From: Eledone cirrhosa
Lineage: Eukaryota
Reading direction: 5' to 3'
NCBI GenBank assembly: GCA_964016885.1
Contig: OZ024763.1
Span: forward strand, 11,656,001 to 11,720,000
Length of the DNA stretch: 64,000 nt
Shown: piece after piece, positions 1 through 15,835 of the stretch
Layout of the letters: each line of letters begins with the position of its first letter
Numbering within the stretch: position 1 is the stretch's first letter
The notes under the pieces: generated by a model
Databases searched by the model: none
What the model was told of the DNA's origin: nothing
Seen by the model: only the letters and a program-made list of their open reading frames with translations
Program-made: the position numbers and the translations under genes

Positions 1-227
1 GCGCTGGTAAGGTATTGTCAGCCATTGAAATGAACCATGGAGAGTGGATTTAACAAGGAGCAGTCTGGTTGTTATGACTTTGCTGGTTTAGAGGGAGGGC
101 CAGTGGATGATGGATCAGCTGTCTCTGAGACAAATATATCTTGGGAATTTTACCTGCCCTAGATAAACAGTGTATAACAAGACTGTCCCCTTTGTATTAC
201 AGGTATAATTCAATATTACCAACTGAG

Positions 228-760
228 TGGACTAGAGGGGTGTGAACGGGTCTTGCCCATACTAGAAAATGTGAAATAAAGGGTCTTGTCCATACTAGAA
301 GGGTGTAAAAGGGTTTTGCCCATACTAGAGGGTGTGAAATAAAGGGTCTTTCCCATATTAGACTAGAGGGTGTGAAATAAAGGGTTTTGCCCATACTAGA
401 GGGGCATGAAATATATGGACTTGCCCCTACTAGAGGGGTGTTAAATAAAGGGTTTTGCCCATACTAGAGGGGCATGAAATATAGGGTCTTGCCCCTACTA
501 GAGGGGTGTTAAATAAAGGGTCTTGTCCATACTAGAGGGTGTGAAATAAAGGGTTTTGCCCATACTAGAGGGGCATGAAATATATGGACTTGCCCCTACT
601 AGAGGGGTGTTAAATAAAGGGTTTTGCCCATACTAGAGGGGCATGAAATATATGGACTTGCCCCTACTAGAGGGGTGTTAAATAAAGGGTCTTGTCCATA
701 CTAGAGGGTGTGAAATAAAGGGTTTTGTCCATACTAGAGGGGTGTGAAATAAAGGGTCTA
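228..760. repeat. 33-34-bp minisatellite
   Basis: About 16 units of CCATACTAGAGGGG..TGAAATAAAGGGT.TTG. Confidence 0.9.
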
Positions 761-892
761 GACCAAGGACATAACACATCGCTGACATTTGAACGTGAGA
801 TTTTACTTTCAAGAACTGTACACTATAAACCTTAAGCCATGTACCTCCACTCAGACACACATTAATCACACCTACACTCACATTCACACATG

Positions 893-943
<51 letters not shown>

Positions 944-1057
944 TATGGGCAAGACAAGGTCAGCCGACTGGACACTGCCCACAACAGGACAACCTGTCTA
1001 ACCCATGCTAGTGTGGAAGAACGGACGTAAAACAATGATGATGATGATGTGTGTGTA

Positions 1058-1614
1058 TGTGCTTGTGGATTGGGAATACAGAAGATGATGTGGTTGAGAG
1101 GAAGAGCAAAGCCTGGGCGGCGTGCCACAGCTTGAGATCAGTGTGGAAGTCGGACCTTCGTAAAGACCTGAAAATCCACCTCTTCATTGGTGTAGTGGAG
1201 TCTGTGCTGCTGTATGGGTCTGAGACTTGGACACTGACCAAGAAACTCACTCAGATGGTGGATGGGGGCTACACGAGAATGCTGAGGATGGCTCTGAACA
1301 TTAATCAGTATACACTGAGGATGAATAACTCAGAGCTGTACGGGAGCCTCCCTAAAGTCACCTGGAGAGTAGCACAGAGGAGACTGAGGTTAACTGGACA
1401 TGCTCACCGACATCCAGAGTTGACACTGCACTCAGTGCTCCTGTGGGAGCCCCTACATGGACACACTGGAAGCGGAAGACCAAGGTTAACATATGTTGAT
1501 GCCCTAAGGACAGACACTGGTCTGTTTGTGACGCAGGATATGGCAGCGATAATGAGGGACAGAGACTGCTGGAGAGAACTCGTCCATGGATCTCGGGAAT
1601 TTTACCCGCCCTAG
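1058..1614 (+). mobile_element. 3' end of an RTE-like LINE ORF
   Basis: VESVLLYGSETWTLT...YTRMLRMALNI...RRLRLTGH...WEP.HG...GRP...DRDCWR. Confidence 0.85.
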
Positions 1615-2092
1615 ATAGATATATATATATACTCATATGTGTCTGACTTTACCCAACTGCACCTCACAAAGGTGATGACACAAGACTGAGATCTCTGGTG
1701 CTACATAGCAATACAGAACACCCGACTTCCCACAGGCAGAGGCCGTAGCTGAAGCATATGTACAGTATGCCCCCACCCCAACCTCCAACTATAAAGTGGT
1801 TGTGTAGGTGTCGCGACAGAAAGCACCCAGTAAATGAGATTAGCATTAGGAAGGGCATCCTGCTGTAGAAACCAAGCCAAATTCAGTTCTGTATGAGTAA
1901 GACATGGTCACCTGACCTAGCATTGCCTACAGCAGGACAACTCGTCTAACCCATGCTAGCATGGAAAATGGACATAAAACAGTGATGATGATGATGGTAT
2001 ATAACAGAGTATTGTAGTTTGCTTGACGCCTTTAATTTTCTAATGCATTGTATGGTTTTTAAATTATTTAAATATATATGTATATATATGGA

Positions 2093-2435
2093 GGCACATG
2101 GCTTAGTGGTTAGAGCATTGGCCTTGCAATCAAAAGGTTGTGAGTTCAATTCTCAGACCGGGTGATGTGTTGTTTCCTTGAGCAAGACACTTTATTTCAC
2201 ATTGCTCCAGTTACTCAGCTGTAGAAATGAGATGATAGGGACTGGGGTCCCTATCATTCCACTGCAAAGTGGTCGTGGAGGCGCCACGGCAAAAAAGCAC
2301 CCAGCACTCACTGTAAATGAGGTTGGTGTTAGGAAGGGCATCCAGCTGTAGAAATCAAGCCAGAATCAGTTCCCGTCCCACCCTTGGAAGCAGGGAAAAG
2401 CGGACGTAAAATGAAATGATGATGATGATGATGAT
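2093..2435 (+). mobile_element. tRNA-derived SINE family A with RTE-type 3' tail (also 6760-7155 +, 58019-58313 -, 58878-59154 +, partial 46975-47085)
   Basis: A box TGGCTTAGTGG, B box GAGTTCAATTC, shared body, ends GGACGTAAAA(GAT)n. Confidence 0.85.
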
Positions 2436-3134
2436 ATGTCTGTGCATATAAGTATATGTATATATATCTATCTATACCAATTGTGTTGTTATTTCTGTTT
2501 ACCTTTTACATATATATATATATATATAAATATATATATATATACACATATATACATATATATATATGTGTGTGTATATATATGTGTGTGTATATATATG
2601 TGTGTGTATGTATATGTATACATACATATATATAAATGAAATATATTATTTTCTATACAAAACATCTATTGTTTCTCAAACCATATTTCACATTAACATA
2701 TTTCAATATTATATTATATTTATTGTTTATTGCAAATTCCAATTCAGACATTTAAAAAAAAACTGATTTTATGTCAGTTGTTTCCAAGTTTACATATTTG
2801 AGATGATTTGTCTATTGAAATATTTGTTTTTATATCTCACTGATACCTTATCTACTAAGTTCTCAAGTTGGGTGTAATTAGAGGCCTAAGTAGATGCCAA
2901 AACAATGTTTGTGCATGCAGGGCCTCCAAGAGAAAATTTGCAAGTTGGTACCAGATCCCCTTGGGGTCTGAAACAGGCAAAGATATTTCTCAAAATATAT
3001 ATAGTTTGGTTGCTGTGGGGCTTTCTTAGCTCCTGGGCCCCAGAATAAAGTACCGGTTAGACCCAACTCTCATAGGCCGTGTGTGCAGGTAAACTGAAGT
3101 TAATAGAAGGAGTTGGTCTAATATCAAATGAAGT

Positions 3135-3520
3135 AAATTGGTGTGGAGTAGTAGGTCTAATGTTTCAAACTCTTGTCCTTCATCAGAGAAGAGAGATGAC
3201 AGAGTTTGTCTAAATTGATGAGAAGTGTTGTAGGTCTGATGTTTCAGACTTTTGTCCTTAATCAGAGAAGAGAGATAACAGTGCTGATTTAAATTGGTGT
3301 GAGGAGTAGTATGTCTGCTGTTTCAGACAATTGTCCTTCATCAGAGAAGAGAGATGACTGAGTTTGTCTAAATTGATGAGAGGAGTAGAAGGTCTGATGT
3401 TTCGGATTCTTGTCCTTCATCAAAGAAGATATGACAGTGTTGATTTAAATTTGTGTAAGGAGTAGTATATTTAATGTTTCAGACAATTGTCCTTCATCAG
3501 AGAAGGTGGATGACAGATTT
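3135..3520 (-). repeat. Tandem array of five approximately 79-bp units, each with a degenerate hammerhead core
   Basis: Minus-strand consensus TCT-CTGATGA-AGGACAAnnGTCY-GAAAC-ATC-AGA. Related monomers at about 27688-27725 and 46791-46828 (+). Confidence 0.65.
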
Positions 3521-3819
3521 GTTTCCATAGCTGGCTGTATGGCCTGACAACTCCGTCATCTCTAGTCATGTTAGAGCTCTACATGACAGTGGGTGGCTAA
3601 CCTAACCAGATGTCTGATGTTCTACCAATCCTGCCAATCCACTGCACCATTTCACAATAGTAACTAAGCAGGATATGCCTTCTTCAGACACCATTTTATA
3701 GGTAAACAACCTGATGATATATATATATATATATATTTAACATGTTTTAGCTGGTATATAGAAGTGACTCTTACAGAACTCATACTGTTTTCATTCAGTG
3801 AGGAAATAGAATTAAGTAA

Positions 3820-4170
3820 CTTCTTCTTCTTCTTCTTCTTTTTTTCTTTTTTTCTTTCTTTTTCTTCTTTTCTTTCTTTTTCTTTTTTTTCTTTCTTTTT
3901 CTTTTTTTTCTTCTTCTAGTCATGGGGTCAGTGTTTTCAGACGCTCCTTCCACCAGGTCCTGTCAGAAGCAACCATCTGCCTGGATCCCCAAGCAGGACC
4001 AGCCATGCTCATGGATGTTATCCAACCCTCTATCTCGGAGTCTACCCCTGGCTCTCCCGCCGGTAAGTCCTGTCCTGAGACATTCTAACCACATGCTGTA
4101 ATATTGGAGTTGTGGTCTCTCAATTCGGAGAAGTAGCGGCTTTACCTGATCTCTGACCTATGCATTCTAT
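3820..4170 (-). mobile_element. 3' end of the same LINE family as 44800, with an AAG-rich tail
   Basis: Reverse complement resembles 45240-45530. The CTT/T-rich tract at 3820-3917 is the tail. Confidence 0.6.
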
Positions 4171-4229
4171 TGAGTAATGTTACATCTTTTGTGTACTCAT
4201 AGTTTGCATTTGGGACATAGGGTGGAATT

Positions 4230-6330
4230 TCTACCCACTCCTTTCCTACACACTGAGCAAGGGAGTCTGGGCCTTGCTGTCCTTTCTACTTACTAAGACT
4301 TTAATCTTTGCCAAGTTGTCTTTAAGACCTTTTGATTCCAGGTTGTGCTTACAGGTCAAGAATTTTTCTTTAGTTCTGTCATAGATTCAGCTGAGAATTA
4401 GATCACCAGCATACAAGAGTCCCCATAGGCAGCCTGTTATAGCCTACAGAGTGATAGTAAACAGGTGAGGGCTAAGAACGGAGCCCTGGTGAATACCCTC
4501 TTGCACTATAGTCATTGTTCATTCTAACCTTGCTGACTGCTCCTCTATACATGGCTTGTACTGCCTTTACAAGTCACTCATCCACCCCTAGTTTTTTTTC
4601 AGAGCCCACCAGATTAGAGAATGTGGGACTCTGTCATAAGCTTTCTCCAGGTCAACAAATGCCATGGAGAGGGGCTTATTTTTAACAAGGTACTTCTTGG
4701 GTTGCCTCACAAAGACAAGGGCATCATTGATATTTTTACCTGGCACAAATCCAAATTACATCTCATCTAGGTTAACTCGGTCCCTTATCAGCTGTGCTAT
4801 AACTCTTTCTGTGACCTTCATGACCTGGTCCATTAAGTTGATGCCTCAATAGTTTTCTCTGCCTAGTGCATCACCTTTGCCCTTGTAGCAGTTGACAATG
4901 CTGTTGCTATGCCAGTTATTGGGTATGACACCATTTTATATTACTTGGTTTACAATACGTGCAATTAAGGTGTGACTCAGCACCTCAGCAACTATCCCCG
5001 GTGGACCAGCTGCTTTTCCATCTTCATATCTTTAATTGTCTTACTTACAACACTGCTGCTGACTTGTACGACTGGACCCTCTGATGGGTCCACTTGGGGT
5101 AGACTAACTTCCTCCTAAGCATTCTCCTCATTCAGTATTCTTTCATAATGGTACTTCCATGCTACTTTCTGTGAGGACAAGAATGCCATTATTATCTCAG
5201 ACACACTTGTCCCCCAAAACAAGACAATTATATCAGACACATTGCCTCACAATCCTGAACACCTCGCGTCTTTGGTCCTCACATTGCACAACATGCATAC
5301 ATTTTTTATCTTCTGCTTCCCTCCTTGCAATGTATACTTGTCACTTAACCTCTCTTCTAGTCTCTTGTTAATGTTCTCTACTTCTCCTTTTCTGCCATGC
5401 CTGTCCCTTGATCTTAATTGTCTCATCCACCCTACTGTTCAACCACCAAGTCACTCTCCCTCTCCCTGGAGCCCTTCTCCAACCACAGATTCATTTGTCA
5501 CAAATTTTCTTTCAGGAACTCCCACTGCTCCTCTATATTGTATGTCTCCGTTTGTTCTTCCTTGCTGGCACAAGCATCAAGAAAAATAGTTCTAAATTTG
5601 TTTCTGACTGAGAGTTCCTTCAGCTTCTATATCCTTCTCCTTCAGGTTGCCCTCTGCCCTGAGCCAGTCTAGCTGAAACTATGAAGTCACTAATTATTAG
5701 GTTATGTGTTTTCAACTGTCACTCTGTCTCTTCTTCTGGTGAGGATAAGATCTATCTGACTTGTATGCTCACCTGATCTATAGGTGATCAGGTGGTTGTC
5801 AGGTTTTTTAAGATCTGTGTTGCAGATAGATAGATCACTTGTGTTGTAGAATTATAAAAGCCTGGAACCTTCATTTCTCACGTCAAACCTGTAACCTCCA
5901 TGGACCCTATAAAAGCCACAGTGTTGTCCAACATTTCCATTAAAGTCCCCTGCAATGATTAAGATGTCACTGTCATTTGTTAAGGAATTAGTGTACATTA
6001 GGGAGTCACAAAACCTATCTTTTAGGTTGTCTGACAGTCCATGTTGAGGTGTATATGTAGATATAATAGTTACAATGCTTCTAATTAGGAATAGTTTTAT
6101 GATTCTAACATTCACTCTGTTTACAGTAATTACCTTATCTTCCCATTTTTCTGCTAACATAATACCTACTCCCTTCAGCCCATTGTTATTTCCCACCCAG
6201 AAAAGATTTGTAGCACCATTTTTAGCCCACATGGAGTCTAGCTGACGTTCCTCGCCATCAAGTCTCTTGTACACAACATACATCAACTTTCTTTCGTTCT
6301 AGCATCTCTACAGTCTCTCTTGATCTTTAT
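4230..6330 (-). mobile_element. Decayed RTE-type LINE (APE endonuclease plus RT), same superfamily as 53975
   Basis: Minus-strand motifs GVGIMLAEKW and IIAGDFNGNVG (5852-6286), AFVDLEKAYDRVP (about 4625-4665), HQGSVLSP (about 4470-4495). Confidence 0.85.
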
Positions 6331-6340
6331 TTCATTCTGC

Positions 6341-6388
<48 letters not shown>

Positions 6389-6493
6389 CAGAAGGGATAT
6401 TTAATTTGTTGAATTTCCAACAAATTAAATTTGTTGGAAAATCAACAAATATAAATGTTTATAACTGATTCAGAGCACTCAACAGTTTTGGTG

Positions 6494-6555
6494 TATTTTA
6501 TCTGATGAAAGCGTACCAAAGTTTTTGGTACCCTTGAAATATATATAATAGAATA
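6494..6555 (+). ncRNA. Minimal type-I hammerhead ribozyme motif
   Basis: TATTTTAT-CTGATGA-stem II (AAGcGTACCAAA/TTTGGTACcCTT)-GAAA-TATATA-TA^-ATAGAATA. Stem I is 8 bp with one G-U. Confidence 0.75.
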
Positions 6556-7831
6556 AATATGGTTTTATAAATATAGTTTCCATTTATTTAATACCATTAT
6601 ATATATATATATATATAGAGTATAAATTATATATATAGAGATTATAAGCACTCTACAGTAGGTTTTCTGGAGCTATTAATATTACTTCAAAATATTATAT
6701 ATATATATATATAATATATAATAATGATGATGATGATATATATATATATATATATAGAAGGCGCATGGCTTAGTGAGTGGTTAGAGCATTGGGCTTGCAA
6801 TCAAAAGTTGTGAGTTCAATTCTCGGACTGGGTGATGTGTTGTTTCCTTGAGCAAGACCCTTTATTTCACATTGCTCCAGTTTACTCAGCTGTAGAAATG
6901 AGATGATAGGGACTGGGGTCCCTATCATCTCATTTCTACAGCTCATCTCATTTCCACTGCAAAGTGGACGTGTAGGTGCCACAGAAAAAAAGCACCCAGC
7001 ACTCAATGTAAATGAGGTTGGTATTAGAAAGGGCAACCAGCTGCAGAAATCAAGCCAGAATCAGTTCCCGTATAAGCAAGACAAGGTCAGCTGACCGGAC
7101 AATGCCCACAACAGCTAACGTGGAAGAACGGACGTAAAACGGTGATGATGATGATACATCATCATCATCGTCGTTTAACTTCTATCCTCCATGCTAGCAT
7201 GGGTTTAGACGTGAATTGTCCCACTTGAGGCAAGATTGGTTGTCTGGCGGGTTTTCTACGGCTGGATGCCCTTCCTAAGACCAACCATGTTTACAGTGTG
7301 GACTGGGAGGTGTTTACCATGTTACCTACATAGCCACATTACAGCATGGACTGTGTGTTTTTTTTTTTTTTGTCGTGACACCTGCACGACCTCATTTATT
7401 TAGGACTGGATGTTGTGGCACCAACATAACTTTAGGTGTAGATGAGGGTGGGGGTAAGGTAGTGGGGGTGGGGGTAAGGTAGTGGGGGTGGGGGTGTATT
7501 TTTGGTTAGGAGGTGCCTACTGACTGTAGGTTTCACTTTGTACTTAGGCAAGGCGGGTCTTCTGTATTACTGCGTAGTGCCAAATATATATCAATTATTA
7601 ATACTAATAATAAATATTTGCTCTACAGGCTTATTTAGGCTTTTTTATTTTATATATATGTATATTTATATATATATAATCCTTATTGAACGCTCTGTGG
7701 ATTTTGTCTTTGGATTTTGTCATTATTGCTATATATATATATATATATATTGATTTTTTATATGGTTAATTATGCTAATTGGGAAAGGAAATGGTATATA
7801 TTTTATCTAATAATTCTAAGGACATGATTTA

Positions 7832-7880
<49 letters not shown>

Positions 7881-7921
7881 CAAAACATAAGTCAATTGCA
7901 TGAACTCATAATCCTTTATCT

Positions 7922-7977
7922 ACTGCTATATATATTTCGATGATAGCCATTGAATGGCTATGACCTCATCAGGCAGT
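7922..7977 (-). ncRNA. Minimal type-I hammerhead ribozyme motif
   Basis: Minus strand: ACTGC-CTGATGA-GGTcATAGCCAT tca ATGGCTATcATC-GAAA-TATATA-TA^-GCAGT. Confidence 0.8.
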
Positions 7978-8102
7978 TAGTCAGTTCTTAGATATGCCAG
8001 CTCTGTGTTTATAGTGTTGATGGTATCAGAGCCTTGTATATATATAATAGAAAAAAACAAGGAAGTTTTGTTTACATATGAAAAATATTTATTGTGTATC
8101 GA

Positions 8103-8192
8103 CGTGTTACACATGTTTCACAGAGGATTGGCTCAAGGTCACCCATAGGAGTTATGGACCTGACTCCAGTATCGATCTGCTCCTCAGACACG
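8103..8192 (-). ncRNA. Hammerhead motif with extended stem II
   Basis: Minus strand: CGTGT-CTGAGGA-GCAGA...TCTGT-GAAA-CATGTG-TA^-ACACG. A related degenerate copy lies at 16076-16162. Confidence 0.65.
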
Positions 8193-8329
8193 CGTAACAG
8201 GTCGATACGTAATAAATATTTTTCATATCTAAATAGAACTTCCTCGTTTCTTTCTATTATATACACTCTTCTTGTGCATAGAACGCTTGATTTGGTACCA
8301 ACACCAGTATTTCATCATACTACCTACAC

Positions 8330-8378
<49 letters not shown>

Positions 8379-8629
8379 GTCATCATGATTATCAATATAT
8401 GTGTGTCTGTGTGTGTGTGTGTGAGTGCATGTGTGTGCATCTCAGTATGCGAGTCTGTGTGTGTCTGTGTGTGTCTGTGTGTGTGTCTGTGTGTGTCTGT
8501 GTGTGTCTGTCTGTGTGTGTGTGTGTCAGCTGAAGCCACAAGCAGCTGGTAAAGTTGATATTTTTCCAATGTTTATCTATTCTGAGCTGTAAATTATATT
8601 GAAAACTCAAAATATAATGTACTCACTGA

Positions 8630-10650
<2,021 letters not shown>

Positions 10651-11354
10651 ATATGTAACATATGTCAGGTCACCAGTTGGTGCTACTGGTAACATGTATC
10701 CCAGTACAACCTGTCTCATGGTCGGGTCGTTAGCGACTAAACTGGCAACCCCACCAAGGTTTCTTGGTGAGGAGGGTGACTTTGGACATGCTGCAGGACT
10801 AAAAACAAAACCTGTCAAAAGGCAAAGGAGCTCTTAAGAGTCAATAGCCATCCAAAATCACCAGGAGAGATGACCCCTTAGCCTTTGTCAAGGCAGAATT
10901 CTAGGAGAAGGAAAACTCTGATATAACACCTGCAACCCTGATGGTATCCAATGATGTTGACTTCTTCTTTTTGGTAAATATCATCTTGTTTAAGAGAGTG
11001 GGACTGGCTTTGTGCAGTGCCTTTGCTCACTATAAAAGCTTCATGGCACAGGCATTGCTTTATATCTGGAGATCTCTCTGCACTTGTCGTCACATGGTAC
11101 CATGGGCCCAGCACTATGTGTCAATAATTGTCACAAGTGTAGTGTTTGTACCAGAGTTTTCAAGTCGCTGGCTGGACTAAAAAGTCACAATTGTTCAGCG
11201 CATCGGTAGGGGTTCTCCTACATGGATATAAAGTAGTGGCCGTACTTGTAAACGAGTTGGCAGCCACCATATATGTAACTATGTGTATGTATATATGTAC
11301 ATACATATATAAATACATATGCATATACATATATACATATAGATATACATGCAT

Positions 11355-11391
<37 letters not shown>

Positions 11392-11629
11392 AAATAATTA
11401 TATATATATAATTATATATATATATATAAAATAATTAAGTCAAATTTGTAAAATTTGGCTTCATCATCATCTCATCGTTTTTGTTTAACGGCCATCTTCC
11501 ACGAAGATGATGAGATGATGATGATGAAGCCAAATTTTACACATTTGACTTAATTATTTTATATATATATATATATATATTTGTGTTTGTGTTCATGAAT
11601 ATGTATAGTTTATTATAAATTATAGATAT

Positions 11630-11703
11630 ACTGCTATATATATTTCGGTGACAGCCATCATGTGACCTCTTCAGACAGCCATCATGTGACCTCTTCAGGC
11701 AGT
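11630..11703 (-). ncRNA. Hammerhead motif of the 7922 family with a short internal duplication in the core/stem II
   Basis: Minus strand: ACTGC-CTGAAGA-GGTCACATGATGGCTGT (core segment duplicated)...CACC-GAAA-TATATA-TA^-GCAGT. Confidence 0.6.
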
Positions 11704-11833
11704 CCGAATTGGTGTGGGAAAGACAGGTACACATGTTGCTGAAGTGTGTTTTACTCCGTCAATACATCGATATGTCCAGCTCCTGGTTGTGTTGTTATTC
11801 CTCTGAGGAACTGGAAACATATACTCAAAAAAA

Positions 11834-11888
<55 letters not shown>

Positions 11889-11909
11889 ATATATATATAT
11901 GTGTATATA

Positions 11910-11961
<52 letters not shown>

Positions 11962-12689
11962 TCTACATCAGTGGTTCTCAGAGACCCTAGTCATATGCCT
12001 CCCCTTTGAAATCCCAGATCTTGCCAATTCCCCCCCCCCCTCCCCCCATTTTGCAATCCCAGATATTTTCAATTGTCCCCCTTTACAATTCCAGATCTTT
12101 TTAATTCCCCCCTTTAAAACCCCAGATCTTGTCAATTTGACCCCCTTTGCAACCCCCCCTTGAAATCCCAGGTTTTTCAATTCCTTCCCATTTTCAGTTG
12201 TTCCCCAGTAATTCTATTACCTCAGTATTTACATCAGCAATCTTTCCAAACATCAATAATTGTTTAATCCATCATCTTTTTTGTGAACAGTTAATTAGTA
12301 GCCTTGCTATATTGGTATTTTATATGATGTATATATCATCATCATCATCATCATTTTACGTCCATTCTTCCATGCTAGCATGGGTTAGACAGGTTGCCCT
12401 GTTGTGGACAATGCCATGTTGGCTGACCATGTCTTGCTCATACAGGAACTGATTTTGACTTAATTTCTACAGCTGGATGCCCTTCCTAACACCAACCTCA
12501 TTTACAGTGAGTACTGGGCGCTTTTTTACTGTGGCGCCTACATAACCACTTAACAGTGGGAGGGAGTTGGGCATATTGTCGATATGCTTCAGCTTCGGCT
12601 TGTACTTGTGGGAAATCGGATCTTCTATATATATATATATATACAATGTACACTATAGTTGGATATATTATATTTTAGTTGATATATAA

Positions 12690-13160
12690 ATGGGTGTCAT
12701 GACAAAAAATAACCAGTTCACACTCTAAAGTGGTCGCATAGGTGTCGCGACAAAAAGCTCCCAGCCCACACTGTAAAGTGGTCATGTAGGTGTCACAATA
12801 AAAATCACCCAGTCCACACTGTAAAGTGGTTATGTAGGTGTCGCGACAAAAAGCTCCCAGCCCACACTGTAAAGTGGTCGTGTAGGTGTCACAATAAAAA
12901 TCACCCAGTCCACACTGTAAAGTGGTTATGTAGGTGTCGCGACAAAAAGCTCCCAGCCCACACTGTAAAGTGGTCATGTAGGTGTCACAATAAAAATCAC
13001 CCAGTCCACACTGTAAAGTGGTCATGTAGGTGTCACAATAAAAATCACCCAGCCCACACTAAAGTGGTTATGTAGGTGTCATGACAAAAAGCTCCCAGCC
13101 CACACTGTAAAGTGGTCGTGTAGGTGTCATGACAAAAAGCTCCCAGCCCACACTGTAAAT
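12690..13160. repeat. 48-bp tandem array (96-bp dimer) derived from the SINE/LINE 3' region
   Basis: Unit GTGTC.CGACAAAAAGCTCCCAGCCCACACTGTAAAGTGGTCATGTAG matches the SINE body. Confidence 0.85.
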
Positions 13161-13309
13161 GTTAGGCTTCTGGTAAGATGATTGAACAAGGAAGCCACTT
13201 TTTCAACAGGTTTTTGTTCAATGCTAATACAAGGATTGACTATTACTTACCCTACGTGGGGATCGGCAACGGAGGCAACCCCTATATCAGGTGAATGAAT
13301 TCAGTTGTG

Positions 13310-13348
<39 letters not shown>

Positions 13349-14412
13349 AACCATATGTCTACACACCTTACAAACATACATATGCACACATATATACATA
13401 CACACACACATATATATACATACATACACACATATATATAAAACATATCTACACACATATACACATATACACATACACACATTTATTTAAAACATATGTC
13501 TACACACCTTACAAACATCCATTTGAAATAAGTAATTGCTTGTTAACGATCTCTGATTAATTAATTAATTATTAATTTAATAATACAAACTCTAACTCCT
13601 AATTAAGTGCAGCTCTAACGAACTAGGTGATGGAATATTGTAATATGGTGGTGGTGGTGGTGGTAGGAGTGGTGGTGGTGGTGGTAGGAGTGGTGGTGGT
13701 GGTGTTGATGATCATGGATGTGGTGATTGTAGTGGTGGTTGTGGTGATGGTGGTGTTGGTGTGTTAGTATTGGTGGTGGTGGTTGTGGTGTTGGTGTGTT
13801 AGTATTGGTGGTGATGGGGGCAGTGGTGCTAGTGGTGTTGGTGGTTGCAGTGTGGGTGATTGTGGTGGTGGTGACGGCGGCGGCTATGGTTACACTGGAG
13901 GTAGTGGTGGTGGTGGTGGTGAAGGTGCTTGTGATAGCTATTGAATCAATTAGCTCTGACAGGTAGCTCTGTCCCCTTTTTTCATTTTTAGGGTTACTTT
14001 ACCTGATTTTCTCAACTATTATTTATATGCACTCACACACACATATACAGATATATAATATACATACATACATATATATATATATATTGTTATATTTGGG
14101 GAGGGTCATGTTGTTATAATATTGCCAGAAATAATAATAAAACACACTCACTGTTTGGTTTGGATTGGTTTTCACTTCTGTATCTTTTATATCTCTATAG
14201 CTAATTTATCTGGCAATCAATGTTTATCATTGATTGACCAACGGTTAAATATATATAGTCTATCAAAGTTCTTTCATCACACACCTGTGACATCATCAGT
14301 GGTACTATTATGTTTCCTCCCGTTGTATTGTAATGTCTATATTATCATCAAGTATAATATAGAAGTTGCTTCACAAGACTAGAACTGTTTCATTTAAAAG
14401 AAATCATCAGCG

Positions 14413-14770
14413 GTGGTATATCAAGCAGAAGTGACCTCCACCAACCAGAACCACCAAACTGAAGCCTGGACTTATGTTGGACTGCCTAAGAACCACGAAA
14501 CAACCTTCAGACATCCTGACAAAAAACATACTATTCAGCTCATGAATCGTGTGTGGAACCTCAAAAATAACTGCTCAGCATTCTCTATTAAATGGAGTAT
14601 ACTAGAAAAATCCACCCCTATGTCAATGGGATGAAATTTTGTCAGCTGTGTAACTCGGAAAAGTGGAATATATTCTCAGAACCCTTCAAAGAAATACTTC
14701 TTAGATATTCGCCTCAACTGCTTTAGTCACTGTCCTCACCAACAAGATTCATTCTAGAAAAATGGTATAG
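14413..14770 (+). pseudogene. Decayed GIY-YIG endonuclease of a second Penelope-like lineage
   Basis: VVYQAEV...TYVGL...NHETTFRH...VWNLK...IKWSILEKSTP, then frameshifted CQLCNSEKWNI. Adjacent to HHR-like fragments at 14255-14410. Confidence 0.7.
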
Positions 14771-15205
14771 ACTGAATTAACTGAATTTATTTTCTTTGAC
14801 TTTTCAACTTTAACTTTGCACAACACAAGTAGACCCCTTTTGGTTTTTTCGATAATTACTCCCTTTACATTATTTAAAGATTTGTCTATTTATAGCTAAA
14901 TTGGAGATTACCTACCCTTAGAAATCTCACCTGTATTTCCTAAAAACTTCTAAATACTTTTGTGGGGGTAGCCATCTTTGTTTATATAACAGGGTGAATG
15001 AGTTGGGTATATAGCTCAACTAAACTTAAGAACCTGTATATGTCACTGTAGTAACTAATTATACTTAAGTCGACCTATGGACTGAGTGCTCTAACTCTTC
15101 GATATTTCTACCAAACTTGTACTAGAGTATATAAAGGCTTTAAAGATAAATAATCTAAGACTAAAAGCATGGAAGATGGACGTTAAATGATGATGATGAT
15201 ATATA

Positions 15206-15757
15206 TCTATATATCTAAAACAGAGAATGTCTGTCTTTCTGTCTGTCCCCCTAAAACTCGAGAACCACCCTCCCGATTTTTTTCAAACTTTACACATGTG
15301 AATGTTTTGAGCAAAAAATATTTCAAATTATCAATGCCCTAGGGACCACATTAGGCGCCGGTTAGCGATCTCTCTCTCTTTCTTAGTCTGTCTTTTTAGA
15401 TAGATACATAGCTATAAGGTCACACCCTTATAATATCTGTCTGTATGTCTGGCTATCTGCATTACGACATTATGAAAACATTGACTTCACTATCTGTGTG
15501 TGTGTGAGTGTGTGTATATATGTATATATAGTGTGTGTATATATATATATTGTTCTCATTGCTGACGTATTATCTTTGCTATTTTCCGTTCATTGCCAGG
15601 GAACATCTTCACGAACCAAAGTATCGTCTTCTGTCTTCCTTCGGTTGCAACGCTTTTCGAAATATTTACTTCTGTGTTCACAGATTGATTTTTTTAGTTT
15701 CAGAAGATCCCGTTAAGGGTGAAAGCAGCGATTCTTTGCTTAAACTTTAATCTGTTA

Positions 15758-15835
<78 letters not shown>

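Noticed and set aside
1-200. Unique-looking sequence, possible exon
   Set aside because: The minus-strand frames hit stops after the candidate acceptors and no motif was recognised; unresolved at the window edge
228-760. CRISPR-like periodicity, also at 35900, 61218 and 63364
   Set aside because: No unique spacers, no cas genes and a eukaryotic context; these are plain tandem repeats
2093-2165. tRNA-like sequence
   Set aside because: A and B boxes run directly into a repeated SINE body, so this is a SINE head, not a tRNA gene
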